Below are positions 8,510 to 17,850 of a stretch of DNA of 64,000 bases, piece by piece. Source of the stretch: a virus (Duplodnaviria; Caudoviricetes). The position numbers and the translations under genes are program-made. The DNA is taken from IMG/VR virus record IMGVR_UViG_3300044620_001883, positions 64,001 through 128,000 of that record; one strand, 5' to 3'. Each line of letters starts with the position of its first letter. The first letter of the stretch is position 1. A model generated the notes under the pieces. It was not told the origin of the DNA and ran no database searches. It saw only the letters and a program-made list of their open reading frames with translations.

Positions 8510-8999
8510 AAATCAATCTTTGAAGCTGCCCAGGTTGATGGTGCAGCCGGATGGAACTGCCAAGTTGTACTTGCTGGCAGCGGATACGCATAAAGGAGGT
8601 ACGACTGTGGAATGCTTCACGGAGGAGTTGAGTATTCCACGTGCAATAGCACGCTTGCTGGACGAGTCGGAAGAGGCGGCCGTTGCTGCGTACAATGATG
8701 AGGATGAAAGTGGAGACTTCTGGGACTGGATTGAAGATGTGAGGGGTAACACCCTGGATACCTTCCAGACAGATGAGGCCACGTACTTGGTCGATCCAAC
8801 GCCACGCGTGCAGCGTCTGGAGGATCTGCTCCTCAAGGCTTTTGACCATCTGTGTTACATGGCCAATATCTTACCAGCAGGTATCATGATCGACATGGCG
8901 CGGAGTGGCCAAGATGAGGCGGCACAGCAGATCGTGAAAGAAGTAGATCGCATCCGAGCGTACCGGAAACAACATGGAAGCAATCCCAATCCCGTTTGA
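8496..8999 (+). CDS. hypothetical protein
   Basis: ORF tiling. Confidence 0.6.
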   Translation: MEPSENQSLKLPRLMVQPDGTAKLYLLAADTHKGGTTVECFTEELSIPRAIARLLDESEEAAVAAYNDEDESGDFWDWIEDVRGNTLDTFQTDEATYLVDPTPRVQRLEDLLLKAFDHLCYMANILPAGIMIDMARSGQDEAAQQIVKEVDRIRAYRKQHGSNPNPV

Positions 9000-9207
9000 A
9001 CAAGAGGACCCCGTGTTGGGGAACCTGGTGGCCCGCTGGATTCTTCGTCGTCATGGTGCGTCGCCGTTTGCTGCACGGATGCTGGACATGAAGTCAGACC
9101 GCATGTTTGAAGAGATACGACGTGAAACACGCGCCCAACCCCGGAACGCTCCTTGTGGTTGCGGTTCTGGACAGAAGGCCAAGAAGTGCTGTAGTGCCCT
9201 GGTATGA
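8974..9207 (+). CDS. SEC-C motif protein
   Basis: RNAPCGCGSGQKAKKCC matches the SEC-C zinc-binding motif. Confidence 0.75.
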   Translation: MEAIPIPFEQEDPVLGNLVARWILRRHGASPFAARMLDMKSDRMFEEIRRETRAQPRNAPCGCGSGQKAKKCCSALV

Positions 9208-9632
9208 CAAACCCCCTATCTCTTTCCGATTTTTTTGAGGCACTCGGCGGTATCGCTGCCTCTGTTTTAACCTGGCTCGATACTCCTGCTGCCTCCCCGT
9301 TCGAATCTCACAGTTTCGACATAGAGGATGACACCTTCAAAGGCTGGTTTACACCCGCGGTTTGCCAAGGCGCATCACTACGCGTGCGGCCGTTGGAAGG
9401 CCCGACGGGGCATGGGGTGGAGCTGTTGTTTTCCGTGAACGCTCCTGCAAATCCATTTCTGCATGGCAGCAAGCGTATGCAGACTCAATGGGTCGCTCCA
9501 ACTTTCAAGGCGTTGGGGTTGGATATTGATATCCTCGTTCCTCAGTCGAGTCACACGGTGTACATTACGCTCGTCCACACAGACTCACGCAGGAGTTGCG
9601 TACTGAGCGTCGTGTACTACCCACGCAAATAG
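9204..9632 (+). CDS. hypothetical protein
   Basis: ATGA coupling. Confidence 0.55.
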   Translation: MTNPLSLSDFFEALGGIAASVLTWLDTPAASPFESHSFDIEDDTFKGWFTPAVCQGASLRVRPLEGPTGHGVELLFSVNAPANPFLHGSKRMQTQWVAPTFKALGLDIDILVPQSSHTVYITLVHTDSRRSCVLSVVYYPRK

Positions 9633-9635
9633 CGG

Positions 9636-9947
9636 TTGACAGTACCGTATGCGCGGGAACCATCTAGCATGGACGAGACCATGCACAGCTACGATGTACT
9701 GCACCTTGCCGACTTGCTGGAGCGAGTCTGGCAGGAGCGTAGCATCGCGGCCTCGTTGGTTGAGCGCCAATCCTGGGATGTTGTTGAAGGGATGGTGCTG
9801 CACGCAACCTCGATAACGGCACTGGAGAGCAAGCTGCGCACCTGTATTAAGTTCGCGGCAAAAGGAGGTTACCGGAGAGTACTGAGGCTCGCTTTGACGC
9901 ACATGGAAGAAACCATCCTGAACATCTCGGCCTGTGTGGGAGTTTGA
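9636..9947 (+). CDS. hypothetical protein
   Basis: ORF tiling. Confidence 0.5.
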   Translation: MTVPYAREPSSMDETMHSYDVLHLADLLERVWQERSIAASLVERQSWDVVEGMVLHATSITALESKLRTCIKFAAKGGYRRVLRLALTHMEETILNISACVGV

Positions 9948-10134
9948 GTGTACGCTAGCGCGTGTGCTCACCCGCACAGGCCGCTTCACTGTAATGGCGG
10001 AGCGGAAAGAAGACGCGGAGGAGCAAGCGCTCAAGATATTGGCGGACCCGAAAAATCCGGCTGTCCAGTGGGATGCAGAAGCTGCCTGTCAGTCATCCAT
10101 GGTCGTATCCATTGAAAAAGTGGAGAAGGCCTGA
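9934..10134 (+). CDS. hypothetical protein
   Basis: ORF tiling. Confidence 0.5.
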   Translation: MWEFECTLARVLTRTGRFTVMAERKEDAEEQALKILADPKNPAVQWDAEAACQSSMVVSIEKVEKA

Positions 10135-10150
10135 TTGGGATCTGTTCTAA

Positions 10151-10627
10151 ATGTCCAACACACTCACTTCAAATCTGCGCAGCCGGCGCAATCAACTCAT
10201 TGAATCCTTCGAGCAGGGATTCAGTTCTTCCGATATCCAGAGCGTCAACATCCTCGCGCATGCCCGGAGGCATTGGCCCGTACAGTTCACCTGGACCTAC
10301 CTGCTGGAGCGCCTGACGGTTATTCAGGGAGACACCATCACGGTGCCTGAGTTGTGGGAACTGCGCATGATTACCGATGCCGGACAGCACCCGGATTTCA
10401 ATCCGCTTGCCTGCCATCCCTGGTCTGGGTACAATCAACCCCACCCAGCTGATCGCACTTTGCAGCGCTTGAGCCGGGTTTTCGCAGGCTGCTGTGCGCG
10501 TCTGATGATAGACCGCGGGAGCGCGGTCACCCGTCAGTACTACATCCGGAGACTCCGGGCTGTGCTCGTGCGTGTCACAAATCTGTGTAACGCAGCCCAG
10601 CAGGAATACGACGACAACTGTCTCTAA
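10151..10627 (+). CDS. hypothetical protein
   Basis: ORF tiling. Confidence 0.55.
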   Translation: MSNTLTSNLRSRRNQLIESFEQGFSSSDIQSVNILAHARRHWPVQFTWTYLLERLTVIQGDTITVPELWELRMITDAGQHPDFNPLACHPWSGYNQPHPADRTLQRLSRVFAGCCARLMIDRGSAVTRQYYIRRLRAVLVRVTNLCNAAQQEYDDNCL

Positions 10628-10938
10628 TGTCTTTAACGGCCCAGCAACGCCATAACCGTACGGTGTGTAAATGCTGCCCTCAGTGTAATCTTCCCTCGGA
10701 TCGTTTGCTCCCAAGCGGACGCGCGGGGCTCTGCAGTGTGTGTCGCGTCCACCTGCGCGGTGTGCGGGATGTTTGGCGCGCTGACCGTCACGACCGGGGG
10801 CTGTGTCTGGACTGCGGTGGTCCTAAGGGGGTTAACAGGCAGGCACGTACTACCTGCCAGGGGTGTGCGGACTGCAAAGCGGCAAAGCGGCGAAATAGTT
10901 TGCAGGGCAACAGTCTCGTATGGACTATACCCCAATGA
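10627..10938 (+). CDS. Cys-rich, basic putative zinc-finger protein
   Basis: Four CxxC pairs (CPQC, CSVC, CLDC, CQGC/CADC), Arg-rich. Confidence 0.55.
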   Translation: MSLTAQQRHNRTVCKCCPQCNLPSDRLLPSGRAGLCSVCRVHLRGVRDVWRADRHDRGLCLDCGGPKGVNRQARTTCQGCADCKAAKRRNSLQGNSLVWTIPQ

Positions 10939-11480
10939 CACCCACCATCATCGCTTACAGCACCGCAGACTTGTTGTTTGGCAAGATCGATCGCGAGGCC
11001 ATGCAACGCTCCGTCGAGCAGGCAGTCACCGAATGGAATCGTGTACTTGCAGGGCTTGTGGTGTTTCAGCCCTGGGTGAAAGGCTGCACGGACCCTTTGG
11101 TGTTGATCACGTTTGGACACCAGTTCAAACCACGGCCAACGACAACAGAGACCTGGGCAACCTGTACACAGTTCCCAGGCAAGCTGGCACCGCGTTGGGT
11201 TATTGAGCTCAAGGACAACCCCAGGTTGAACTGGAAACCCCTGCCGGTAACCCGGTTCGGTATCTGGTGGCGCAGGGTAAACGGGCTTGCCGTTGGTAGT
11301 ATCTCGATTGTGGCGGTGCTGCTCCATGAATTGGGGCATGTGCTGCAGCTACCCCATGAGGAAGTTGAAGACTTGATCATGAGCGAGTCTTGCGCGCAGC
11401 GGGAAACCATCCGACCGATGGAAGCCAAACGGTACCGGACATGGTTTGAGAAATACATCGCGGCGCAGCAGCATGACTGA
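10935..11480 (+). CDS. matrixin-like (M10/metzincin) metalloprotease
   Basis: VLLHELGHVLQLPH plus downstream Met-turn (LIM); N-terminal AVTEWN strand-helix. Confidence 0.75.
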   Translation: MTPTIIAYSTADLLFGKIDREAMQRSVEQAVTEWNRVLAGLVVFQPWVKGCTDPLVLITFGHQFKPRPTTTETWATCTQFPGKLAPRWVIELKDNPRLNWKPLPVTRFGIWWRRVNGLAVGSISIVAVLLHELGHVLQLPHEEVEDLIMSESCAQRETIRPMEAKRYRTWFEKYIAAQQHD

Positions 11481-11605
11481 GCGTCCCAAGTTCGCAGATG
11501 GTTCGGGCAATACCTGAGGTACGCGCTCCGGTTGTGGGAAGGTGAATGGCGCAAAGCGTAAATCTTACCCGTGACAATGGAGGGACCGGTGGTTAAACTT
11601 CTCCT

Positions 11606-13411
11606 ATGGCAACCCGTGCGGAATTCGACCAGCTCCTAAACAGTATCTACCAGGACAACCCCACCTGGTGGCCTCACGGCCTCAAACGCGCCCAGCTCGA
11701 CGAGGCGTTCGCGATCCGAGACCCTGCGACGCGCAAGCTGGCTGGTTTCACAGGCTGGCAGTTCCGCAACGATCAGACAGGCAAGAAGGCTGGCTACTAC
11801 GCTGTGGGACTCCTGCCGGAGTTCCGGCGCCAGGGGCTTGCGAAGCGTGCCCTGCAGGAAATGTTCCAGGAGCACAAGCCGGCGGATGTCCAGGATGTCC
11901 GGGCCTACATTGTGCCCGGTAATGAGCCGAGCCTGAAGCTCGCCGACAAGCTCGGGGTGCCTGTGCAGCATAAGATGGCACGCTTGCGCTCCCAACCGCT
12001 TCCCTCTATGTTGACCAAAATGGCACGCCGACCTTCCTACGTTCCAGGCTCCTACGGGGGTGTTTCTCTCCAGCAGTACATGCCGCTGGCACCCCGCCGT
12101 GCTGTGCTGAACCCAGAGGAACAGGCCAACGTCGAGGAAGGACAGAGTCAATGGTTCCCAAAACTTTTCAGGTCTATGGCTGACAGTCCTGCTGTGGACA
12201 TGTCCTCCCCTGCCAAGGCATCCTTGATGACAGCCTTGGTTGGTGGTGGAGCAGTCGGCGCAGGTGCCCACTTCCTAGGAGCCAAGCCAGAACACACGGC
12301 AATGGCCGGCGGCGGTGCGGCGTTGCTGTCTGGGTTGCTCGGTTACCACAGCCGCAAGGCCAACAACGAGGGGATCATTGAGATGATGCGCCGCCTACCC
12401 CCAGGTGGGACCCGTCGCGACATGCTGGCTGACCCGGTGCTGCAGCAGGAACTCAACCGCGAGAGTCAGACCGGTGCCTCCGAGGAAGCCCTCCGGACGG
12501 CCCAACTTCTGGCCGTCTTGAAAGCCACGTCCAAGACGGCGGCGGTGAAGCAAGCCGGTTGGCCCGAGGTTGCCAAGGCGTTGTGGACAGGCACCAAATA
12601 CATGGCGGCACCAACAGCAGGTGCGGTCGGCATGGACGCGTTATACAACGCCCCCAGTGGACGGTTTCTCACGACTGAACATTGGAAGGAACGCCTGGCG
12701 GACGGTTTGCTGAACACTACCATGTTCGGGATTGGCAAAGGTACGGGACGGTTGCCTGGTGTTTCCGCACTCGCGAAGGCCGAAGCGGCAAAGCGGCCCG
12801 TACAATTGACCATCGACGCCGCCAAGAGGTTAAAGATGATGGGCGGAGCAACAGGTATGGCGGTAGCTATTCCCGGTGTGTTCGCGAAGGATTTAATGCG
12901 GCGTAACATGAACACGGGTTCTGATTTGGTGGCCGCCTTGTCCAAGGAGCGTGGGACCAACGTCAACGTCACGGCTCCCGCCAATACCTCTGTCAACGTC
13001 ACGTCCCCGAGCATCTTTGATCAGGCTTCTCAGTACATAGACAAGAATCCGGGAACAGCCATCGCGGGTGGGCTTCTGGGCGCCGGGCTGCTGGGTGGTG
13101 TCGGTTATCTGGGCCTCAAGGGCATCAATGCCCTGCAGGGTGTCGCGGACCGTGCGGAGCGCCCTGAGTCTGGACGTATCCGGGTGACACTACCAACCAA
13201 GAACAAGGGTGACGCGGAAACGCAGCTTGATCTGCCTGTGCAGGAGATGGCACTCTCGGATGCTCTGGTGGGCAAGATTCGCCGCGATGTTCGTGGTCGC
13301 CTCCGGCACGAAACTAACGAGCGTACCAAACGCGTGATCCTCTCCCCGGAAGAGCGCCAGCGTCGAGCTGAGTTGTTGGCAAGCTACCGTAATAACGCTG
13401 TGAACGTATGA
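11606..13411 (+). CDS. GNAT N-acetyltransferase domain fused to glycine-zipper (putative virion) domains
   Basis: YAVGLLPEFRRQGLAKRAL (acetyl-CoA motif A) and IVPGNEPSLKLADKLG (motif B), then GxxxG-rich hydrophobic segments. Confidence 0.7.
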   Translation: MATRAEFDQLLNSIYQDNPTWWPHGLKRAQLDEAFAIRDPATRKLAGFTGWQFRNDQTGKKAGYYAVGLLPEFRRQGLAKRALQEMFQEHKPADVQDVRAYIVPGNEPSLKLADKLGVPVQHKMARLRSQPLPSMLTKMARRPSYVPGSYGGVSLQQYMPLAPRRAVLNPEEQANVEEGQSQWFPKLFRSMADSPAVDMSSPAKASLMTALVGGGAVGAGAHFLGAKPEHTAMAGGGAALLSGLLGYHSRKANNEGIIEMMRRLPPGGTRRDMLADPVLQQELNRESQTGASEEALRTAQLLAVLKATSKTAAVKQAGWPEVAKALWTGTKYMAAPTAGAVGMDALYNAPSGRFLTTEHWKERLADGLLNTTMFGIGKGTGRLPGVSALAKAEAAKRPVQLTIDAAKRLKMMGGATGMAVAIPGVFAKDLMRRNMNTGSDLVAALSKERGTNVNVTAPANTSVNVTSPSIFDQASQYIDKNPGTAIAGGLLGAGLLGGVGYLGLKGINALQGVADRAERPESGRIRVTLPTKNKGDAETQLDLPVQEMALSDALVGKIRRDVRGRLRHETNERTKRVILSPEERQRRAELLASYRNNAVNV

Positions 13412-14856
13412 CCACTCTTTCGCCCTTCATCAAGCTCGCACTCCTGCAGGACGGCGTCTCACCCAAGAGCGCCCCGGGTCCTGTGCGGCCTGCGGATCAA
13501 ACCAACGGCATCAAGCCAATCGTGATCCCGAACCATGCGGCTGAGGATCCGAACGCAGTCTCCCCTGAACAGACCAAGGCCGAGCAGGGACAGGTCAAGG
13601 CTGAGCAAACAGCCCAGCAGGCGCAGATGAAGGCCTTGGAAGCAGGCCATCAGCAGAAGCTGCAGCAGCAACAGATCCTGCACACCAAGGCCATGTCCAA
13701 CGCGGCAAACAACATGGGCGCTGGTTATTTCGGTAAGCGCTTCTCGACGACCATGGGGAACATCAGCAAGCTCACCCAGCAGGCAAGCATGTCCCGGTTG
13801 AACCATGGGCTCTATGGTCTCAAAACAGCGGCAGATGCTCCGAGTGCGCCCACCCTGACCCGCTCTGGCAAACCCTGGCCAACCGGGCGGGCCGCACCAA
13901 CAGGCGTGCTGAAGGGACCGCATATTGCGGATCTGTACCGCGACAACGGAATCAATTACAAAGCCCTGCAGGCTGGGCACTACGGTGATCCTGCGGCGCC
14001 TGTGCCAGGTGTCATGGACACGCTCTGGAATGGGATTAAGGAGCCCAGCAAGGCCCTGCCGATTGCACGTGCCGGTATCAGTACAGTTCCGGGTCTTAAC
14101 TGGTTTGCAGGTGACAAACCGGTCACGCCTTTCGGAGAGACACCGTGGCAACCCTTTTCGAACTCGGCCAAACCAGGTACGGTGGGAGCGTTGATGCCTA
14201 CCAGCTTACTCAACGGCGTAGCTAACGCGACGCAGTGGATGGGCAATAAAGCGCTCAACTTACCACGTGTACTGGGCAACGCCGGCTTGGCTGTAGGTGC
14301 AACAGGACTAGGGGCAGCCTCCCACACTGGCCAGGCTTACGCAGCAGCGCCCGATGCCTACAAGGAACTCTCGGCAGCTCATGCAACCCCGGAGGGAATC
14401 TGGAATACCCCGACCGACAAGCTGACTAAAACCAAGGCGATGCTTGGTCAACTTGGTTCGGGTGCACTGGATACTGCTAACACGGCTTTCACGGTTACTC
14501 CCTGGAAAGGGGTCGGACTGGCGGCGAAACCAATTGCGAAACTGCTGGGCCTCTCGTTTCCGCTCATGGAGGGGCCGATGGCCAACATGGGGCATGACGC
14601 GACTGTCGCACAGGCGACTGCCCAACAGCAGGCGCTGCGCGAGGCGGCGGCCAAGGCAGGACAACCATTGACCACCCCCAGCGGCTCAGGTGAATGGTTG
14701 CAAGGGCTGCTTGGACAGCTCGGCACCTACCTGAAGAATCGCACAGGCTCCATGGTAGCAGGTGGACAACCACAGACGCTGCCCTCCACAGTAGGGGCGC
14801 AAGGGCTGCCTGTGCGCTCCATGACGGGATTCTTGCGGGAAGCACTCGGAACCTAA
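13408..14856 (+). CDS. Ala/Gly/Gln-rich putative virion protein
   Basis: 482 aa low-complexity ORF coupled to neighbours; K-x-A motifs. Confidence 0.55.
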   Translation: MTTLSPFIKLALLQDGVSPKSAPGPVRPADQTNGIKPIVIPNHAAEDPNAVSPEQTKAEQGQVKAEQTAQQAQMKALEAGHQQKLQQQQILHTKAMSNAANNMGAGYFGKRFSTTMGNISKLTQQASMSRLNHGLYGLKTAADAPSAPTLTRSGKPWPTGRAAPTGVLKGPHIADLYRDNGINYKALQAGHYGDPAAPVPGVMDTLWNGIKEPSKALPIARAGISTVPGLNWFAGDKPVTPFGETPWQPFSNSAKPGTVGALMPTSLLNGVANATQWMGNKALNLPRVLGNAGLAVGATGLGAASHTGQAYAAAPDAYKELSAAHATPEGIWNTPTDKLTKTKAMLGQLGSGALDTANTAFTVTPWKGVGLAAKPIAKLLGLSFPLMEGPMANMGHDATVAQATAQQQALREAAAKAGQPLTTPSGSGEWLQGLLGQLGTYLKNRTGSMVAGGQPQTLPSTVGAQGLPVRSMTGFLREALGT

Positions 14857-14868
14857 AGTCCACGCCTC

Positions 14869-15309
14869 ATGTTCAAAGCACCTCTCATCAACGCCGCCGC
14901 CAACACAAGCCCGAGCGCGCACATCAGACTCAACTACGGCACCCCAAGTGGGGAGGCCCTGCCGAGTCTGACATCCAGCCCAATGGCGGATGCGCTGCTG
15001 CGCTTTGGTCGGGCGGCTCTAATGCCCGCAGGGCGTGCTGAGACGTTTGAACCTTCAACATACCGCCTGCCGAATCTCATAGGGCGCATGAACGGCAGTT
15101 ACGGGGTGGGTGGTGAGTTCTACGCAAAGGCGCTCGGCAACGTGGAGGCAGCGCAACAGCTTGCAGCGCAGTCTCAGGCTGGTCTCATGGCCGCCGTGCA
15201 GGGCACCGGTGCCGCCCCCTACGCGCTACCGCTGTATGAAACCTTGCAGGACCCACGTTGGGGACCTGAGGCCAGCAATCTCCGCAACGCGCTTTTCCAT
15301 GCATCGTGA
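14869..15309 (+). CDS. hypothetical protein
   Basis: ORF tiling, overlaps the RNAP start. Confidence 0.55.
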   Translation: MFKAPLINAAANTSPSAHIRLNYGTPSGEALPSLTSSPMADALLRFGRAALMPAGRAETFEPSTYRLPNLIGRMNGSYGVGGEFYAKALGNVEAAQQLAAQSQAGLMAAVQGTGAAPYALPLYETLQDPRWGPEASNLRNALFHAS

Positions 15310-17203
15310 AGTCGTTAACGCCCAGTATGAATTGGATCGGCGCCCTGAAGAGGACGTCGATTTCGAGTTCATGTCTCCCAATCAATTCGTCGGTCCCAAT
15401 GTCGGGCTGATCCCGCTGCAGAATGCCGTCCAACCTACCCGGTTGTTCTACGGTGCCCGTTTCGCCAACCAGGCACAACCACTGGTAAAACCAGAGGCAC
15501 CATGGATCCAGACCAGCATGGATGACACGCCGGACACGTCATTTGACGACATGCTTGGCGGTACGGCCGGCGCTATCCGCTCTGACGGGGACGCCACGGT
15601 TGAGGATGTGGCGGACACACAAATCAAACTGCGACTGGCAGATGGAACTCCCAAGGTGATCGGGCTGTATCGCAACATGCCCTTCAACCGGTACAGCGGA
15701 ATCACACAGACCCCGACGGTCACGAAGGGACAGACTGTCAAAGCCAAGGACCTGCTGGCCCGTTCCAACTTCACAGACGAGAAGGGTTCCCTGGCGTTAG
15801 GCCTCAACGCCCGTGTGGGGGTTGTTCCCTTCAAGGGGTTCTCGATGGATGATGCCATGGTGGTCTCGGACAAGTTCGCAAAGCGGGCCACCAGCCTCCA
15901 TCTGGATTCCATCGACAAGGACTTTTCAGGGGGCAACCTGAAGAGCGGCCAAGACCACTTCAAGTCACTGTTCCCTGACATGTACACCAAAGATCAGCTC
16001 ACGCTGCTGGACGAGCACGGCATCGTGCGTCCAGGTCAGGTTGTACAACCGGGCGACCCTCTGATCCTGGCCACCCGTCCGCGCAACTTCAATTCAGCCC
16101 AGTCACAAAGCCTGGGGCGCTTGGGCAAGGTAGCGAGACAGCTCCGCGCGGATGCCTCTGTGCAGTGGGACAGCGCAGTGCCAGGTACCGTCACGGACGT
16201 GGTGCGCAAGAATGACGGATCTGTGAAGGTGCTGGTCGAGAGTCATCGCCCCATGCAGAAGGGCGACAAGCTTGTCCTGCGCTCGGGCCAGAAGGGGATC
16301 GTCTCAGCGGTCATCCCCGAGCATGAGATGCTCCGCACAGCGTCGGGTGAACCGCTGGAGATGCTGCTCAACCAACAGGGTCTCCCATCGCGTGCCAACC
16401 CCTCGCTGTTACTTGAGATCCTTCTTGGAAAAGTTGCAGCCAAGTCAGGCACCCCAATGAAGCTCCCGGCGTTCAATCCGAACGAGGACAGTTGGATAGA
16501 CTTTGTGGCGGCCAAGCTCAAGGAAGCAGGCATGACCGACAAGGAGACTGTGTTCGATCCCAAGGACAACCGCAAGCTGGACAGGCCGATCACAACCGGC
16601 AATGCCTACGTGTTGAAGCTGCACCACATCGCAGAGCACAAATACGACGCACGTGGGCAAGGGGGGTATGACCAGGACGGACAACCTTCGAAGGGGTCTG
16701 GCCTTGGTGGCGGCGCCAAACGTCGCTCAGGTCTCGAGACTACCGTGATGCTCAGCAGCGGCGCGTACAACAACCTCCGGGAGTCCAGCACATTGACGGG
16801 GCAGCAGAACGATGATTTCTGGCGCACCTTCAGGTCAGGGCAAACCCCCAAAGCTCCAGGCTCTCCTTTTGTGTTCCAAAAGTTCAGGGCACTTCTGAAC
16901 GGTGCTGGCATGCACGCGCGCGAAATGGGCGGCGGCAAACTTCGGTTGGGTCTCCTGACTGACAAACAGCTCGAGCAATTCAAACCCCTGAAAGTACATT
17001 CCGGTGAGACCATTGACTTCCGCACCTTGGCTCCCAAGGCAGGCGGTCTCTTCGACCCGGCATTGGTGGCCAACAAGAACTGGGGTTACATTGACCTCCC
17101 GGAGCCTATGCCGAACCCAGCCGCAGAGGACACCATTCGCCAGCTGCTTGGGATCACTCGCAAGGACTTCGAGGAAGTTCTTGCCGGTACTCGGCCGCTG
17201 TGA
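15299..17203 (+). CDS. multi-subunit RNA polymerase polypeptide: beta C-terminal half with beta'-N-like tail
   Basis: GLIPLQNAVQPTRLFYGARFANQAQPL, GFSMDDAMVVS, GDKLVLRSGQKGIVS, NQQGLPSRAN, AYVLKLHHIAEHKYDARG match conserved RpoB blocks; ETIDFRTLAPKAGGLFD...WGYIDLPEP matches the RpoC N-terminus. Confidence 0.9.
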   Translation: MHREVVNAQYELDRRPEEDVDFEFMSPNQFVGPNVGLIPLQNAVQPTRLFYGARFANQAQPLVKPEAPWIQTSMDDTPDTSFDDMLGGTAGAIRSDGDATVEDVADTQIKLRLADGTPKVIGLYRNMPFNRYSGITQTPTVTKGQTVKAKDLLARSNFTDEKGSLALGLNARVGVVPFKGFSMDDAMVVSDKFAKRATSLHLDSIDKDFSGGNLKSGQDHFKSLFPDMYTKDQLTLLDEHGIVRPGQVVQPGDPLILATRPRNFNSAQSQSLGRLGKVARQLRADASVQWDSAVPGTVTDVVRKNDGSVKVLVESHRPMQKGDKLVLRSGQKGIVSAVIPEHEMLRTASGEPLEMLLNQQGLPSRANPSLLLEILLGKVAAKSGTPMKLPAFNPNEDSWIDFVAAKLKEAGMTDKETVFDPKDNRKLDRPITTGNAYVLKLHHIAEHKYDARGQGGYDQDGQPSKGSGLGGGAKRRSGLETTVMLSSGAYNNLRESSTLTGQQNDDFWRTFRSGQTPKAPGSPFVFQKFRALLNGAGMHAREMGGGKLRLGLLTDKQLEQFKPLKVHSGETIDFRTLAPKAGGLFDPALVANKNWGYIDLPEPMPNPAAEDTIRQLLGITRKDFEEVLAGTRPL

Positions 17204-17850
17204 AACATTTACTCATTCCTATGAACCTGCCATTCCGTATCAATCTCACGACTTTCATCATCAAGCGCGCTGCGGGTGAACCAGCCCAAGCGCCAATTAA
17301 CCCCCGCATCCTGGCCGCCATCCTTGGTGGTGGAGCCGGGGCGCTCGGGGGTGGCGCCATTCAGGGTGTCCGTAAGCTCATGCAGAGCAAACGGGATGAG
17401 GAGGAGAACGGTTCTCCCTCGATCCTGAAAGGTATGCTGCTCGGGGGTCTTGGTGGTGCTGGGGTTGGTGCGGGCTTGGAACACTGGCGTGGGCAGGGTG
17501 GTTCCGATGAATCATCGATACCAGCGTTTGCAGATCACTCCAGTCAGCTTGCAGGAGCAGCAGGGCTAACCCCAACTAAACCCATCACCGGTTCCGTCAG
17601 GGAAATGGAGGAGGGCGCGGGTTACCCGACACGCCCAACTAACTGGGGAGCACAGAGCAAGGCAGATCCATTACAGACGAATCTGCTCCGTACACCCGCT
17701 AGGTTTGGCGGAGTACCGAATGAGAACGAGCAAGCAATGTTATCGTCAGCTATGTTCAAAAAAATTCTGATGGGGGCTCCGTCTCCAAGTTCGCTACTTT
17801 CAGGAACAATACCAGCTCCGTCTCTCCCGCCGTACGCAGGAGGCGCATAG
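17200..17850 (+). CDS. glycine-zipper protein (putative virion/membrane)
   Basis: LAAILGGGAGALGGGAI and GMLLGGLGGAGVGAGL segments; IIKRAAG motif. Confidence 0.6.
   Translation: MKHLLIPMNLPFRINLTTFIIKRAAGEPAQAPINPRILAAILGGGAGALGGGAIQGVRKLMQSKRDEEENGSPSILKGMLLGGLGGAGVGAGLEHWRGQGGSDESSIPAFADHSSQLAGAAGLTPTKPITGSVREMEEGAGYPTRPTNWGAQSKADPLQTNLLRTPARFGGVPNENEQAMLSSAMFKKILMGAPSPSSLLSGTIPAPSLPPYAGGA

Noticed and set aside
15110-15298. Track start for the RNAP ORF at 15110
   Set aside because: It overlaps most of ORF 14869-15309 and has no RNAP similarity; ATG 15299 fits the coupling pattern.
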